The notes below the pieces were generated by a model that had not been told where the DNA came from, did no database searches, and saw nothing but the letters and a program-made list of their open reading frames with translations. A stretch of DNA of 64,000 nucleotides, taken from contig JBGSMW010000022.1 in the NCBI GenBank assembly GCA_041739985.1, forward strand, positions 1 through 64,000. The letters run 5' to 3'. The DNA is from Draconibacterium sp. (GTDB lineage: Bacteria; Bacteroidota; Bacteroidia; Bacteroidales; Prolixibacteraceae). Shown in pieces: positions 1 through 9,703 of this stretch (the first letter of the stretch is position 1; every line of letters starts with the position of its first letter). A program made the translations under genes and the position numbers.

Positions 1-90
1 CGAGAGGCTCTTATTCCACTTGGTAAATCATATTGCTCACAAGTTGCTCCTCAGCATTGCTTGTTTCCCCTTCTGATTTACAATCGTATT

Positions 91-264
91 TTAAGAAATA
101 ATTTTATCAATTCCACCAACTATTTTTGTCACCATTACCCAATTGATAACACCATAATTGGCACCAAAAACCACTGTTCCAGTTTTAGGTTCAATTTCTT
201 TTTGATCGCATGAAATCAGAAATATTGTGGTAAGAATTAACAAAAAAGCAAAGTTGTTTTTCAT
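91..264 (-). CDS. small putative lipoprotein (57 aa)
   Basis: Too short for the ORF track, so read directly from the sequence. ATG is at 262-264 and stop at 91-93. Translation begins MKNNFAFLLILTTIFLISCDQ..., an n-h-Cys lipoprotein-type signal. Confidence 0.3.
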   Translation of the reverse strand: MKNNFAFLLILTTIFLISCDQKEIEPKTGTVVFGANYGVINWVMVTKIVGGIDKIIS

Positions 265-358
265 GTTGATTTCTGTTTTATTATATGATTATAGAAAGAT
301 TAAATTGGTTGCGTTATGTGGGTTAAAAGAATTGCGAAATATTTTGTATGAAGATATG

Positions 359-1378
359 CTATTTTACCAGTTCTTTTGTCGATAACAACCCGCAGGCTGC
401 ATAAATATCCTGTCCGCGTGAGGCACGAATTGTGGTTAAAATCCCTTTTTGGTTGAGTTTTTCCTTGAAATTTACAATGGTTTTTTCGTCAGGACTTTTA
501 AGTGGTGTTCCCGGAACGGGATGAAACCGAATTAAATTAATCCTGCATTTCAATCCATCCAGCATTCGCGCCAGTTCTTTTACATGAGCTGGAGTATCAT
601 TCAATCCTTCAAATAAAATGTACTCAAAAGAAATCCGGCGTTGCCGGCCAAAATCCCAGCTTTTTATTTCATTTATCACATCTTCAATTGGGTAGGCAAC
701 CTGCACCGGCATCAGTTGCTGACGCTCTTCGTGAAAAGGAGTATGCAAACTAACCGCTAAATGGGCTTCGCTTTTTTCAAGAAAAGTCAGCATTCCCGGA
801 ATTATCCCGATTGTTGAAACGGTAATTCGACGCGGACTCATGGCAAAACCCCAGTCAGAAGTAAGGATTTCGATGCTTTTCAGCACTTCTTCCAGGTTAT
901 CGAAAGGTTCGCCCATTCCCATGTAAACGATATTTGAAACTTCCTCAGCTTCATCGATACTGCGGATTTGATTCACTATTTCACCAGCGGTTAACTGTCC
1001 CTGAAAACCTTGTTTGGCGGTGAAACAAAATAGGCAGCCCATTTTGCAACCCACCTGCGAACTAACACAAATCGTCCGGCGGTCGCCTTCCGGAATCATT
1101 GCAGTTTCAATAAATTTATGTTGGGTAGTGGGGAAAAGATATTTTTTTGTGCCGTCAATGCTTTCCTGAACTCTTGTGTGCGCTGTTAATCCAAATTCGT
1201 ATTTTTCGTTTAATAGTTCTCGGGATTTTATCGAAAGATTTGTCATTTCGTCAATCGATGAAACGGGTTTTTTATATAACCAATCTGCAATTTGTTTGGC
1301 TGTGAATTTTGGCAAACCTAACTCATCAACAAGGATTTGAATTTCTAACAAAGTTTTCCCGAAAAGGCGTTCTTTCAT
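359..1378 (-). CDS. rlmN: 23S rRNA (adenine2503-C2)-methyltransferase RlmN (radical SAM)
   Basis: 339-aa ORF with the radical-SAM cluster motif CKMGCLFC. It also has the RlmN-like blocks GMGEP and 'RINLIRFHPVPGTPL'. Confidence 0.85.
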   Translation of the reverse strand: MKERLFGKTLLEIQILVDELGLPKFTAKQIADWLYKKPVSSIDEMTNLSIKSRELLNEKYEFGLTAHTRVQESIDGTKKYLFPTTQHKFIETAMIPEGDRRTICVSSQVGCKMGCLFCFTAKQGFQGQLTAGEIVNQIRSIDEAEEVSNIVYMGMGEPFDNLEEVLKSIEILTSDWGFAMSPRRITVSTIGIIPGMLTFLEKSEAHLAVSLHTPFHEERQQLMPVQVAYPIEDVINEIKSWDFGRQRRISFEYILFEGLNDTPAHVKELARMLDGLKCRINLIRFHPVPGTPLKSPDEKTIVNFKEKLNQKGILTTIRASRGQDIYAACGLLSTKELVK

Positions 1379-1582
1379 TTAAATTAATTTCCTGCAAAGA
1401 TAATTAGAAAATCTAAGGGACATGAATTAAAACAGTCCCATGACTTTTCCCGGCAGCTAACCAGAAAAATCTTTGACTTGGGAAAGTCAAATTTCGGTTA
1501 GAATATTTGGGCAAACTGCTTTCTTCTAAGAATATTGCAATTTTATTGATTGCTTATCCTGAAAGTAATTTGCTTTGCTCCA

Positions 1583-1774
1583 TCAACCTCCCCAGCCTGG
1601 TTCAGGCGCACTTGCAATCGGCGCCCCTTTCGAGTTTAAGATTATAAACATTGAAGCTGCAGTAAACGCCGCGTATTTTCCTGCTTTTAAAAGTGCCTCC
1701 TTTCGGGTTATTTCTTCAACCTGTTGTACTTTTGGTGTTGTATCTTTGTTGATTGTTTTTTTATCCTTTTTCAT
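1583..1774 (-). CDS. hypothetical small membrane-associated protein (63 aa)
   Basis: ORF begins MKKDKK, then a hydrophobic stretch AAFTAASMFIIL. It lies 55 nt downstream of the T9SS cargo gene on the same strand. The opposite-strand ORF 1575..1895 overlaps it. Confidence 0.25.
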   Translation of the reverse strand: MKKDKKTINKDTTPKVQQVEEITRKEALLKAGKYAAFTAASMFIILNSKGAPIASAPEPGWGG

Positions 1775-1829
1775 ATCCTTTGTGTTTTATTTTTTTTATT
1801 CGGTTTCATCAAAAACTGCAGATAGTTTA

Positions 1830-4800
1830 TTATTTAATCCAACTGATTTTTTTACTTACTTTTTGGGTCGAAGATTGGATAAAAACTATATATGATCCGC
1901 TTTTAATTCCATCCATTTCCACTTCGTTGTATCCTTTCTGGGTGAGTTGGCGTTGGATCAATTTGCGCCCCAACATGTCGTAAACTAAAATTTCAGACTT
2001 GTTGCCAATGTTCCCTGTTATATATAAACTATTTTTTTGCGGATGTGGAATTATTATAAAGTCTGCTTCGTCTGCACCTGGAATAATTCCTGTTACAGCG
2101 GTTTTTTGTGTATGCAGGAAAAATCTTCCTGTTCCTTCTGTTTTATCTGTAATACTTGCAGAATAAGAACTTCCGGCTTCTGCTAAATCGGTAATATTTC
2201 CAGTTAAACGGTCTTCGAGTATAACCGGAGTTGCAATTGGTAAATTCAATGTTTCCGCGCGAAACACAACATTTGTGTTAGTCGGAGCATTCAGCCCAAC
2301 CGGGATTACGTTGCTATAATCAAAAGCCGGCAAACACTGAATATCGAAATCAACCGTATTGGTTTTATCGCCTACCAAATGGGAGTACACTGCAAAACTG
2401 TTGTTACCAGCAGAAAATCGCCCTGCATCATAACCCGGATCCAAACCGGTTGTCGCATTTTCGAGAAATAGAATTTTGGTTTCCGAACTGCCCTTACTTT
2501 GTTCAGCAATAAGATGAATAGATGGGGCAGGCACTTCACCACTTTTAAAAATGTTGCCAGTTTGGTGTGTTTGCATAGCTTCGGTAAAACTAACCGAAGA
2601 ACCACCATCAACCGAATATACAAAAAAGGCTTGTCCTGGAGCTACATAAGTTGCTCCGGAAGTATTATTTATTGTAATGTAGTTGCTGTTTGCTGCGTCC
2701 CAAACATAAATGGCTTCATAATTATTATCTATTGCTGAAGCATTTGTATTTAAGAAATTGGTTCCAATGTTCGCACCATAAATAGCTGATGGGTATGGAT
2801 TTCCCACAAGATTCCATCCATTTGTGTTTTTTGAAATTGCAATATCAACATTAGAACTTGACAAAGCTCCGTTAAAAGTTATGATTCCCTCTGAAGTCCG
2901 CAAAACTTCGAAACCTTTTCCCAGGATAAAATTACCGGCTGCAGCAATATCATTGGTTCCGGCTAGTGTAGTAAAATGATTCCAACCTGGCGTGGAATTG
3001 TTGTAGGGAGCCAGTCCGTATTTTGGAGCTATTGCGGCAACTGCGTTAGTGGCAAGGTTTGTAACAACAAAATCGTTGATTCCCTGTCCTTCAACGGGAG
3101 ACGAAATCAGGTGCCATTTATCAACCCCCGTCACGTAACGTTGAAAAGTTGCAGTTCCATTCACTGTCAAATAACTTTGACCAATAATTGAACCTGTTGA
3201 ACTCGCGTTACTTTCGACAGTTAAATTATTGCAAGCTGCGGTTGATGTTATGGTGGGGTAGTTGGTGAGCCCGGCAGGGATTGTAACATTATAACCAGCG
3301 GTTGGTATAACCGAAGGTGTCCAATTATCGGCTGTTCCCCATTCGGTATTTTCTGAACCGTTCCAGACAAGCTCACCAATGTCGGTAGTAAAACTTACCT
3401 GCGAACCGTAACTTGTACCTGCTGTATTTGTAGCATAAGCACAAACATAATAAAGTGTACCTGCGGTCAAGCCAGAGGTTGATTTACTAAAAATTCCTGT
3501 CCCATCCCCATTTTGATCTTGTGTTACACCAATTTCTCCAATAGTTGGTGTTGCATCAATTGTTGAATACACTACTCCGCGTTCGGTAACACTTACTCCG
3601 CCATCGGAAGTAACCTCTCCACCTAAAGTTGCTGAAGAATCATCGAAGATTGAAACAATTGTTGTGGAAACTAAAGGAGAACTGGTTGTATTTAGTTCTA
3701 CCGGAATATGAAGAGCATAAACCCAACCATCTGTTGCCAGAAATGTTTCGACTACTGTTCCATCTGTATTTGCTCTTTTAATTGTAAAATTTGCATCCTC
3801 AAACCAATAAACTTTCCCATTTACTGCATCAACAGTCATCCCAATCGGACCGTAATTAGTAACACCGCTTGCAGAGTTTATTAACGTAATTGCATTGCCA
3901 CCATCCAAATCACTCTGAACGATTTTATCCTCTCCGTATTCAGGCCAGTATAATTTGCTGTTTTTGTTATCAACTGAAATTGAATAGGCCCAATCAACAC
4001 TTGTAGCAATTGTCTGTATGTTTGTACCGTCTAAATTGGCGCGTTTAATTGTATAATTTGCATCCTCAAACCAATAAACTTTACCATTTTCGGTATCAAC
4101 AGCCATCCCTATGGGGCCATAATTTGTTACACCGCTGGCAGAGTTTATCGCAGTTTCTGCATTACTCCCATCTAAATCACTTCGAACAATTTTATCTCCA
4201 CTATAATCGGTCCAGTACAATTTGTTGTTTTTACTATCAACGGCAACTGAATATGCCCATCCCACACTTGTTGCAATTGTTTGTACGTCAGTACCATCTA
4301 AATTGGCACTTTTAATTGATTGATTGAAATCCTCAAACCAATAAACTTTTTCGTTTGGTATGTCAATTGCAAATCCAATTAAACCGTAATTTGTAACACC
4401 GCTTGCATTTGTTACAACATTTTCTCTTCCGGTGCCATCCAGATTAATACGTTCTATTTTATCAGTATCATAGGTTCCCCAATACAACTGAGAATAAGGA
4501 TCAACAGGAGCAGCAGTTGTAAAACTCACCTGCATGCCGTAACCAGTTCCTGCTGAATTTGTAGCAAATGCTTTTACAAAATAGTTAGTGCCTGGGTTTA
4601 ATCCTGTAATATCTTGAGTAAAAGTACCGGTTGCACTCCAGTCTCCAGTTGTTGAAACTTTTGTTCCGGCACCATCGGCAAATCCATCAGTGGTACTCCA
4701 ATATATTCCTCTCTCGGTAATGTTTGCGTTACCAGTAGCGGTAATTGTTCCATTTCCGGTAGCAGTTGTAGAAGAAATACTTGATAATGATTGAGTAGTT

Positions 4801-5621
4801 AAAGTTGGGGCTATTGCGGGAGCTGTAATATTTGGTATAGAATAACCCGAAATAATATTCAGGGTTCCATCTTCATTTCCATACCAGTTACTGGTTGTAT
4901 TGATTGCTGTTCTTACAGCATCAGCCGTTCCGGTCAGGGTTCCGGCATATTTATAGTTATCTACCTCATATCCTACAGTGTAATAAGAGCTTGTAGCGTA
5001 ATTATAAACAGAAGTTGTTCCATTAACCAATGCAATACAGTTAACGCCGTTTGTCAAACCAGGTGGAATAAAGCTACAATAAGACTGGTTATAATAGGAT
5101 GAGCCCCATCCATCTATTCCATCATAAGTTGAAGTAATATAATAGTCTGCATCAATGGCTGCTATAAAGGTAGGAGAAGTTGGACGCACACCAATGCTAC
5201 TCTGGTATGCAAGCATTTGATCGCCTGAACTTGCCAAATTCCAGATACCACTTAATGTATTTGAAACGGTACCCGAAGTAGTTGAGAATTCAGTAGAAGA
5301 TGTATTTTCAATGTGAATAATTGTTCCGATTGTCGATCCACCAACAGGAGCAGACCAGGTTAAATGTGCATCATTAGTATTGCCATACCAATTGGTATTA
5401 ACAGCATCCCAACCTTCATCGGTAAAATAAATTATTGTACCTGCACTAACATCTTTCAACAAGATAAAAGTAAACCCGTCCCCAGCTGTTGAAAATCCAT
5501 CCATATAAAGGCCAATAAAGGCAATGTCACCCTTGTTAAGTGTAGTTTGTGCGTTGCTTATCGCTTTGGTACCTGTCAGTAAAACAACCGTTATTAAAAA
5601 AAAAGTAATTAATTTTTTCAT
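1830..5621 (-). CDS. T9SS-secreted large surface protein (signal peptide, Fn3-like region, 3 tandem YWTD-like beta-propeller-type repeats, shared stalk module, T9SS C-terminal sorting domain)
   Basis: 1263 aa. N-terminal signal MKKLITFFLITVVLLTG. Three ~88-aa repeats of the form '...KVYWFED...LYW..Y..DKIV.SDLDG...'. The C-terminus '...YDMLGRKLIQ...VEMDGIKSGSYIVFIQSSTQKVSKKISWIK' is typical of a Por/T9SS CTD. Confidence 0.8.
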   Translation of the reverse strand: MKKLITFFLITVVLLTGTKAISNAQTTLNKGDIAFIGLYMDGFSTAGDGFTFILLKDVSAGTIIYFTDEGWDAVNTNWYGNTNDAHLTWSAPVGGSTIGTIIHIENTSSTEFSTTSGTVSNTLSGIWNLASSGDQMLAYQSSIGVRPTSPTFIAAIDADYYITSTYDGIDGWGSSYYNQSYCSFIPPGLTNGVNCIALVNGTTSVYNYATSSYYTVGYEVDNYKYAGTLTGTADAVRTAINTTSNWYGNEDGTLNIISGYSIPNITAPAIAPTLTTQSLSSISSTTATGNGTITATGNANITERGIYWSTTDGFADGAGTKVSTTGDWSATGTFTQDITGLNPGTNYFVKAFATNSAGTGYGMQVSFTTAAPVDPYSQLYWGTYDTDKIERINLDGTGRENVVTNASGVTNYGLIGFAIDIPNEKVYWFEDFNQSIKSANLDGTDVQTIATSVGWAYSVAVDSKNNKLYWTDYSGDKIVRSDLDGSNAETAINSASGVTNYGPIGMAVDTENGKVYWFEDANYTIKRANLDGTNIQTIATSVDWAYSISVDNKNSKLYWPEYGEDKIVQSDLDGGNAITLINSASGVTNYGPIGMTVDAVNGKVYWFEDANFTIKRANTDGTVVETFLATDGWVYALHIPVELNTTSSPLVSTTIVSIFDDSSATLGGEVTSDGGVSVTERGVVYSTIDATPTIGEIGVTQDQNGDGTGIFSKSTSGLTAGTLYYVCAYATNTAGTSYGSQVSFTTDIGELVWNGSENTEWGTADNWTPSVIPTAGYNVTIPAGLTNYPTITSTAACNNLTVESNASSTGSIIGQSYLTVNGTATFQRYVTGVDKWHLISSPVEGQGINDFVVTNLATNAVAAIAPKYGLAPYNNSTPGWNHFTTLAGTNDIAAAGNFILGKGFEVLRTSEGIITFNGALSSSNVDIAISKNTNGWNLVGNPYPSAIYGANIGTNFLNTNASAIDNNYEAIYVWDAANSNYITINNTSGATYVAPGQAFFVYSVDGGSSVSFTEAMQTHQTGNIFKSGEVPAPSIHLIAEQSKGSSETKILFLENATTGLDPGYDAGRFSAGNNSFAVYSHLVGDKTNTVDFDIQCLPAFDYSNVIPVGLNAPTNTNVVFRAETLNLPIATPVILEDRLTGNITDLAEAGSSYSASITDKTEGTGRFFLHTQKTAVTGIIPGADEADFIIIPHPQKNSLYITGNIGNKSEILVYDMLGRKLIQRQLTQKGYNEVEMDGIKSGSYIVFIQSSTQKVSKKISWIK
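3700..4500 (-). repeat. 3 x ~265-bp tandem direct repeats inside the T9SS cargo gene (coding repeats)
   Basis: Near-identical DNA blocks start at ~3792, ~4058 and ~4322, e.g. 'gcatcctcaaaccaataaacttt[a/c]ccatt...gttacaccgct[g/t]gcagagtttat'. They encode the three 88-aa YWTD-like repeats. Confidence 0.75.
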
Positions 5622-5950
5622 AGTAAACTCTTATTAAAATTGTCTGAATTCTTTGGTATAAAATGTAATGACCTGCATAAACCAGCCAGGTATGGTTTTA
5701 ATAGTTATCGTTTATATCAATCCGCCAGCAGATTTTGCATGTCTTTGAACCCTGTCCTTATTGATATTTTTTTTTCATATTGTTTAATTTTTCTCCCGAA
5801 CACAAGCATGAAGGTTTTTTCGTAATTGATTTAATTATTTTGGGTTTATATCAATGGTTATAATTGTGATTATTTTTTTAAAAATGATAGCATTCAATAT
5901 TTTGATGGTCAAAATACACAAACCATGGCGTAAAATTGACCTGTAAATTG

Positions 5951-5994
5951 CTGATTATGCAGGTTCAAAATGCTGATAATACAGGTTCAAAATT
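5951..5994. repeat. 2 x 22-bp tandem direct repeat in intergenic/promoter region
   Basis: 'ctgattatgcaggttcaaaatg' is followed immediately by 'ctgataatacaggttcaaaatt' (19/22 identical). It is ~330 nt upstream of the start of the 1830..5621 gene. Confidence 0.6.
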
Positions 5995-6130
5995 CGGAAT
6001 TTATAGCGCGGAGAGTAAGTAAAATCATAAAACAAGAACCAATTATTATATTATTATTCCGGCCCTTGGTTTAACTCTTGAAAGTAACTTAAACTAAACT
6101 CCAAATTCTTTGTAAAATTTCAGAGCTATG

Positions 6131-9100
6131 TTAATTTTTTATCCAGCTAATTTTCTTACTTACTTTTTGAGTTGAAGAACGAATGCAAACTGCGTAAGCC
6201 CCGCTTTTTAATCCTCCCATTTCAACTTCAGAAACTCCATCCTGATTGAGGGAATGTTGAATTAATTTACGCCCCAGCATATCGTAAATTACTAAATCGG
6301 CAATTTCTTCGGTGTTGCCAATTACCCGCAAGCTATTGTAATTCGGAAGGGGAATTATAGTGATAGTATCAAGTGCCTGACCAGGATTATTTACCGATGT
6401 TATTGATTGTTGTGTATGTAGGAAAAACCGTCCTGTGCCTTCTGTTTTTTTTGTAACGGTTACCGAATGGAAACTTCCGGGTTCTGTTAAATTGGTAAAA
6501 ATTCCGGTTAAACGGTCTTCAAGGATAACCGGAGAATTAGTTGGTAAATTAATTGTTTCAGCACGTAAAACCACTACGGTGTTAGCCGGAGCATTCAATC
6601 CTATAGGAATAATATTATTAACCTCATTTATTGGTAAACACTGGATTTCAAAATCGACTTTATTAGATTCATCGCCTGCCAGATGGGTGTAAATCGCAAA
6701 ACTATTATCGCCGACAGTGAAACGACCAGCATCGTAACCGGGGTCAAGTCCGGTTGTCATATTTTCGAGATACATAATGTTTGTTGTCGATGTGCCCTGA
6801 CTTCGCTCTGCAATCAATTTAATTGAAGGAGAACTAATTTCACCACTTTTAAAGTTATCACCGGTTTGGTGGGTTTGCATGGCTTCGGTGAAATTTATTG
6901 TTGAACCGCCATCGACTGAATATACAAAAAAAGCCTGGCCGGGTGCTATATAGGTTGTTTGTGATGAACTATTTACAGGTATATAAGCGCTTCCGGCTTC
7001 ATCCCATACATAAATTGCTTTGTATGAATCATGTATAGCACCGGCATTAACTGTTAAAAAATTTGTTCCGGAATTGGCATTAATGGCTGATGGATAAGGG
7101 TTTCCAACCAAATTCCAGGGTTTACCGGGTGGATTCGGCGATGTTATTGAAATACGAACATCTCCGGTGGCTAAAGTTCCGGTAAAATCAACAATACCAT
7201 CTGAAGTACTTAAAACTTCGTAACCTTTCCCAGTTATAAAATTATCAGATGTTCTATCTGTTGTGTACATATTCCAATTTGAATTTGTATTGTCATAAAC
7301 TACAAGTCCGTACAAATTATCATCTCCGGGATTTGTTGAAATAATTGCTGTATTGGCACTTATAAAACTTGTAATGGATTCTTCAACCGGTGACGAAATC
7401 AGATGCCATTTATCAACACCAGTCAAATAACGTTGAACTGTTACAGATCCATTTACAATTAAATTACTTTGCCCAATCAGAGAACCCATACCTGTTAACG
7501 TACTTTCAATTAGTAGGTTATTGCATTCACCTGAAGTTGATAAAGTAGGGTAGTTGGTGAGTCCGGCCGGGATTGTAACATTATAATTGGCGGTTGGTAT
7601 AGCTGCCGGATTCCAGTTGTCAGCAGTTGCCCAATTGTTGCTTACTGTACCTTTCCATATAAGTTCGCCCATTTGGGTAGTGAAATTAACAACTCCGCCA
7701 TAGCTGGTACCCAAGCTGTTTGAAGCATAGCTTTGGACCGAGTAATTGGTATTTGGCGTTAAATTACTGATTGTGGAACTATAAGATCCGGTTTCACTTC
7801 CATTGGAAACCTGGGTAACACCAGTACCATGTATTTTAGGATTCGCATTTATGGATGTTTTTGAATAAATAAACCCTCTTTCACTTACTGTTACACCACC
7901 TTCGGTTACAACTATGCCTCCCAATACAGCAGATGTTGCGTCGGATGTTGAGATAGCTGTTGTGGCTACAGTTGGGATAGTTTTCGAAACTGCTCCAAAT
8001 TCGTATGCTCCAATGTCATAAGTCCCAACTCTGTCTAATCCGCGTTGGTCGGAGCGAAGTGTGCTTACAGTGCCGTTTGCCGAGCTGTTTCCTGCGTTTA
8101 TCGCAACACTCCCTATTGTTATTGCCAGGGTAGGTATTCCGAGAGAATTAGTATTGTTGGTCAGTGACGGTGTAGCATGTACTCCTCTGCCAAATAAGTT
8201 GGACTGATTTCCTGTAACTGTTCCTTTTCCGGTTAAACCTGGTGAGTTATGGTATTCAATAATATTATAACCATTGTCATATGTCATACCATCGTATGAA
8301 TCATCATAATCTTCCACTACAGTTGATGTACTTATATTATTTGCTACAATACTATTTTTAATATATACATTTCCTTTGTATGAATCACCACCAGCAGCAC
8401 TGATTCCCCCACCTTCCAAAGAGCAAGTATTATTAACTACCGTACAGTTTGTGACGTAATGCATTCCATAAGCAATACTAATACCGCCGCCGTATGAGGC
8501 TCCTGTATTATTGCAAACTGTGGAATTTGAAATGGTAATTCCATAATTTGTACCCCCACCTTCCTGTGCATCAATAGCTCCGCCGGCACTGACTGTTCCA
8601 TTGTTAAATGAATTATCAGATATGGTTGAGTTAGTAATAATCAGGTTGCTGTTCAGCGATTCAATTGCAAAACCCTGGCGGGCGCTATTATGATGGATAT
8701 AGCAGTTTAATACGGTTACATTGCTGTAACAGCCTATAGTAATTCCACCACCATCGTTTGAACCTTTAAGGTAACCGTATCTTATTTCTAAATTTTTAAA
8801 TGTTACTGTTGTTCTTTGCGGTATAGTAAACACCCTGCTGGCATTACTTCCGAAACTTGTAGCTGCCTGAACAATTGCCAACCCACCACCGAATCCCTCG
8901 ATCGTAATGTCTTTTGAAATTGTAAAACCTGATGTTTCGGCAACGCCGGTTTCAGCAACATCCGTCCATGTAAAGGTTCCGTTTAAAACTAATGTACCTT
9001 CCGAACTTACCATGTCATATCCTTTTGTAAATGTTTTGAATGGTTTTCTAAAAGATCCATCGCCGGAAGTATCACTGCCAGTAGAACTATTTACATGTAT

Positions 9101-9181
9101 GGTTTGAGTATATCCAATCACTGTGAACAGGATCAGCCCCATGCATGACAGCATGATTTTTAAAAACATATTTCCTTTCAT
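6131..9181 (-). CDS. T9SS-secreted large surface protein with right-handed parallel beta-helix repeats, shared stalk module and T9SS C-terminal sorting domain
   Basis: 1016 aa with a signal peptide. Repeated 'N.T...N.S...GGGI' beta-helix-like motifs. The C-terminal ~470 aa are clearly paralogous to the 1830..5621 product, e.g. 'GEL[VI]W.G...W.TADNW.P..IPTA.YNVTIPAGLTNYPT' and '...HTQ...'. It ends with the CTD 'YDMLGRKLIQHSLNQDGVSEVEMGGLKSGAYAVCIRSSTQKVSKKISWIKN'. Confidence 0.8.
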   Translation of the reverse strand: MKGNMFLKIMLSCMGLILFTVIGYTQTIHVNSSTGSDTSGDGSFRKPFKTFTKGYDMVSSEGTLVLNGTFTWTDVAETGVAETSGFTISKDITIEGFGGGLAIVQAATSFGSNASRVFTIPQRTTVTFKNLEIRYGYLKGSNDGGGITIGCYSNVTVLNCYIHHNSARQGFAIESLNSNLIITNSTISDNSFNNGTVSAGGAIDAQEGGGTNYGITISNSTVCNNTGASYGGGISIAYGMHYVTNCTVVNNTCSLEGGGISAAGGDSYKGNVYIKNSIVANNISTSTVVEDYDDSYDGMTYDNGYNIIEYHNSPGLTGKGTVTGNQSNLFGRGVHATPSLTNNTNSLGIPTLAITIGSVAINAGNSSANGTVSTLRSDQRGLDRVGTYDIGAYEFGAVSKTIPTVATTAISTSDATSAVLGGIVVTEGGVTVSERGFIYSKTSINANPKIHGTGVTQVSNGSETGSYSSTISNLTPNTNYSVQSYASNSLGTSYGGVVNFTTQMGELIWKGTVSNNWATADNWNPAAIPTANYNVTIPAGLTNYPTLSTSGECNNLLIESTLTGMGSLIGQSNLIVNGSVTVQRYLTGVDKWHLISSPVEESITSFISANTAIISTNPGDDNLYGLVVYDNTNSNWNMYTTDRTSDNFITGKGYEVLSTSDGIVDFTGTLATGDVRISITSPNPPGKPWNLVGNPYPSAINANSGTNFLTVNAGAIHDSYKAIYVWDEAGSAYIPVNSSSQTTYIAPGQAFFVYSVDGGSTINFTEAMQTHQTGDNFKSGEISSPSIKLIAERSQGTSTTNIMYLENMTTGLDPGYDAGRFTVGDNSFAIYTHLAGDESNKVDFEIQCLPINEVNNIIPIGLNAPANTVVVLRAETINLPTNSPVILEDRLTGIFTNLTEPGSFHSVTVTKKTEGTGRFFLHTQQSITSVNNPGQALDTITIIPLPNYNSLRVIGNTEEIADLVIYDMLGRKLIQHSLNQDGVSEVEMGGLKSGAYAVCIRSSTQKVSKKISWIKN

Positions 9182-9703
9182 AAGTTACTGGATTAGATTG
9201 TTTTGCGTTTATTTCATACGTTTTCATATGGATTTAGCCACACGGAAACATTTCTCTTTGCTTTTATCAACCTTGCTACTATTGAAGCAGTTAGTATTAA
9301 CTTCTGTAGTTGAAGTTGAAATGTCACAAATCGTTTCATTGCTATTAAATGTTAACAAGGCATACCTGAGTATCCAGATAAAAAATACACTTTAAATCTT
9401 TTCATGATTTATAATTTTTTGATTCGTATTGTAGATTGACCCTTTATAAAACTTCCCTTTCTGAGTATTTCATTCCAATTGATACAAAATCAGCTGTTTA
9501 AATTTGTTCCTAACAGCAAATGAATTTTTTATCTTTTGGTTTGTAATTATCTCAGACAATAAAGATATAGGGTATGTAAGAATAAGTATCTTATTAAATG
9601 CTGATTCTGATCTACCGAAAAACTGATTTATGATTCAGTATTATTCTGAGTCAAATATATTCGGGCATTAAAATATTTAAATCTATATGGGAATGAAACA
9701 GGT

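Noticed and set aside
1575-1895. 106-aa plus-strand ORF
   Set aside because: It overlaps the 3' end of the minus-strand T9SS gene and the 1583..1774 ORF. Low-complexity Phe/Ser-rich translation typical of antisense reading of AT-rich DNA.
3700-4500. CRISPR array
   Set aside because: The only regular repeats are in-frame 265-bp coding repeats within a long ORF. There are no short repeat-spacer arrays or cas genes anywhere in the window.
2372-5825. Several 60-90-aa ORFs (2372..2623, 2499..2738, 2976..3191, 4049..4315, 5640..5825) inside or next to the 1263-aa gene
   Set aside because: All are shadow ORFs on the opposite strand or in the alternative frame of a well-supported long CDS, or lie in the AT-rich spacer. 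No signals.
9123-9395. 90-aa ORF in the 522-bp spacer upstream of the beta-helix cargo gene
   Set aside because: It overlaps the start of the minus-strand gene. Leu/Ser-rich with no signals. Likely a non-coding promoter region.
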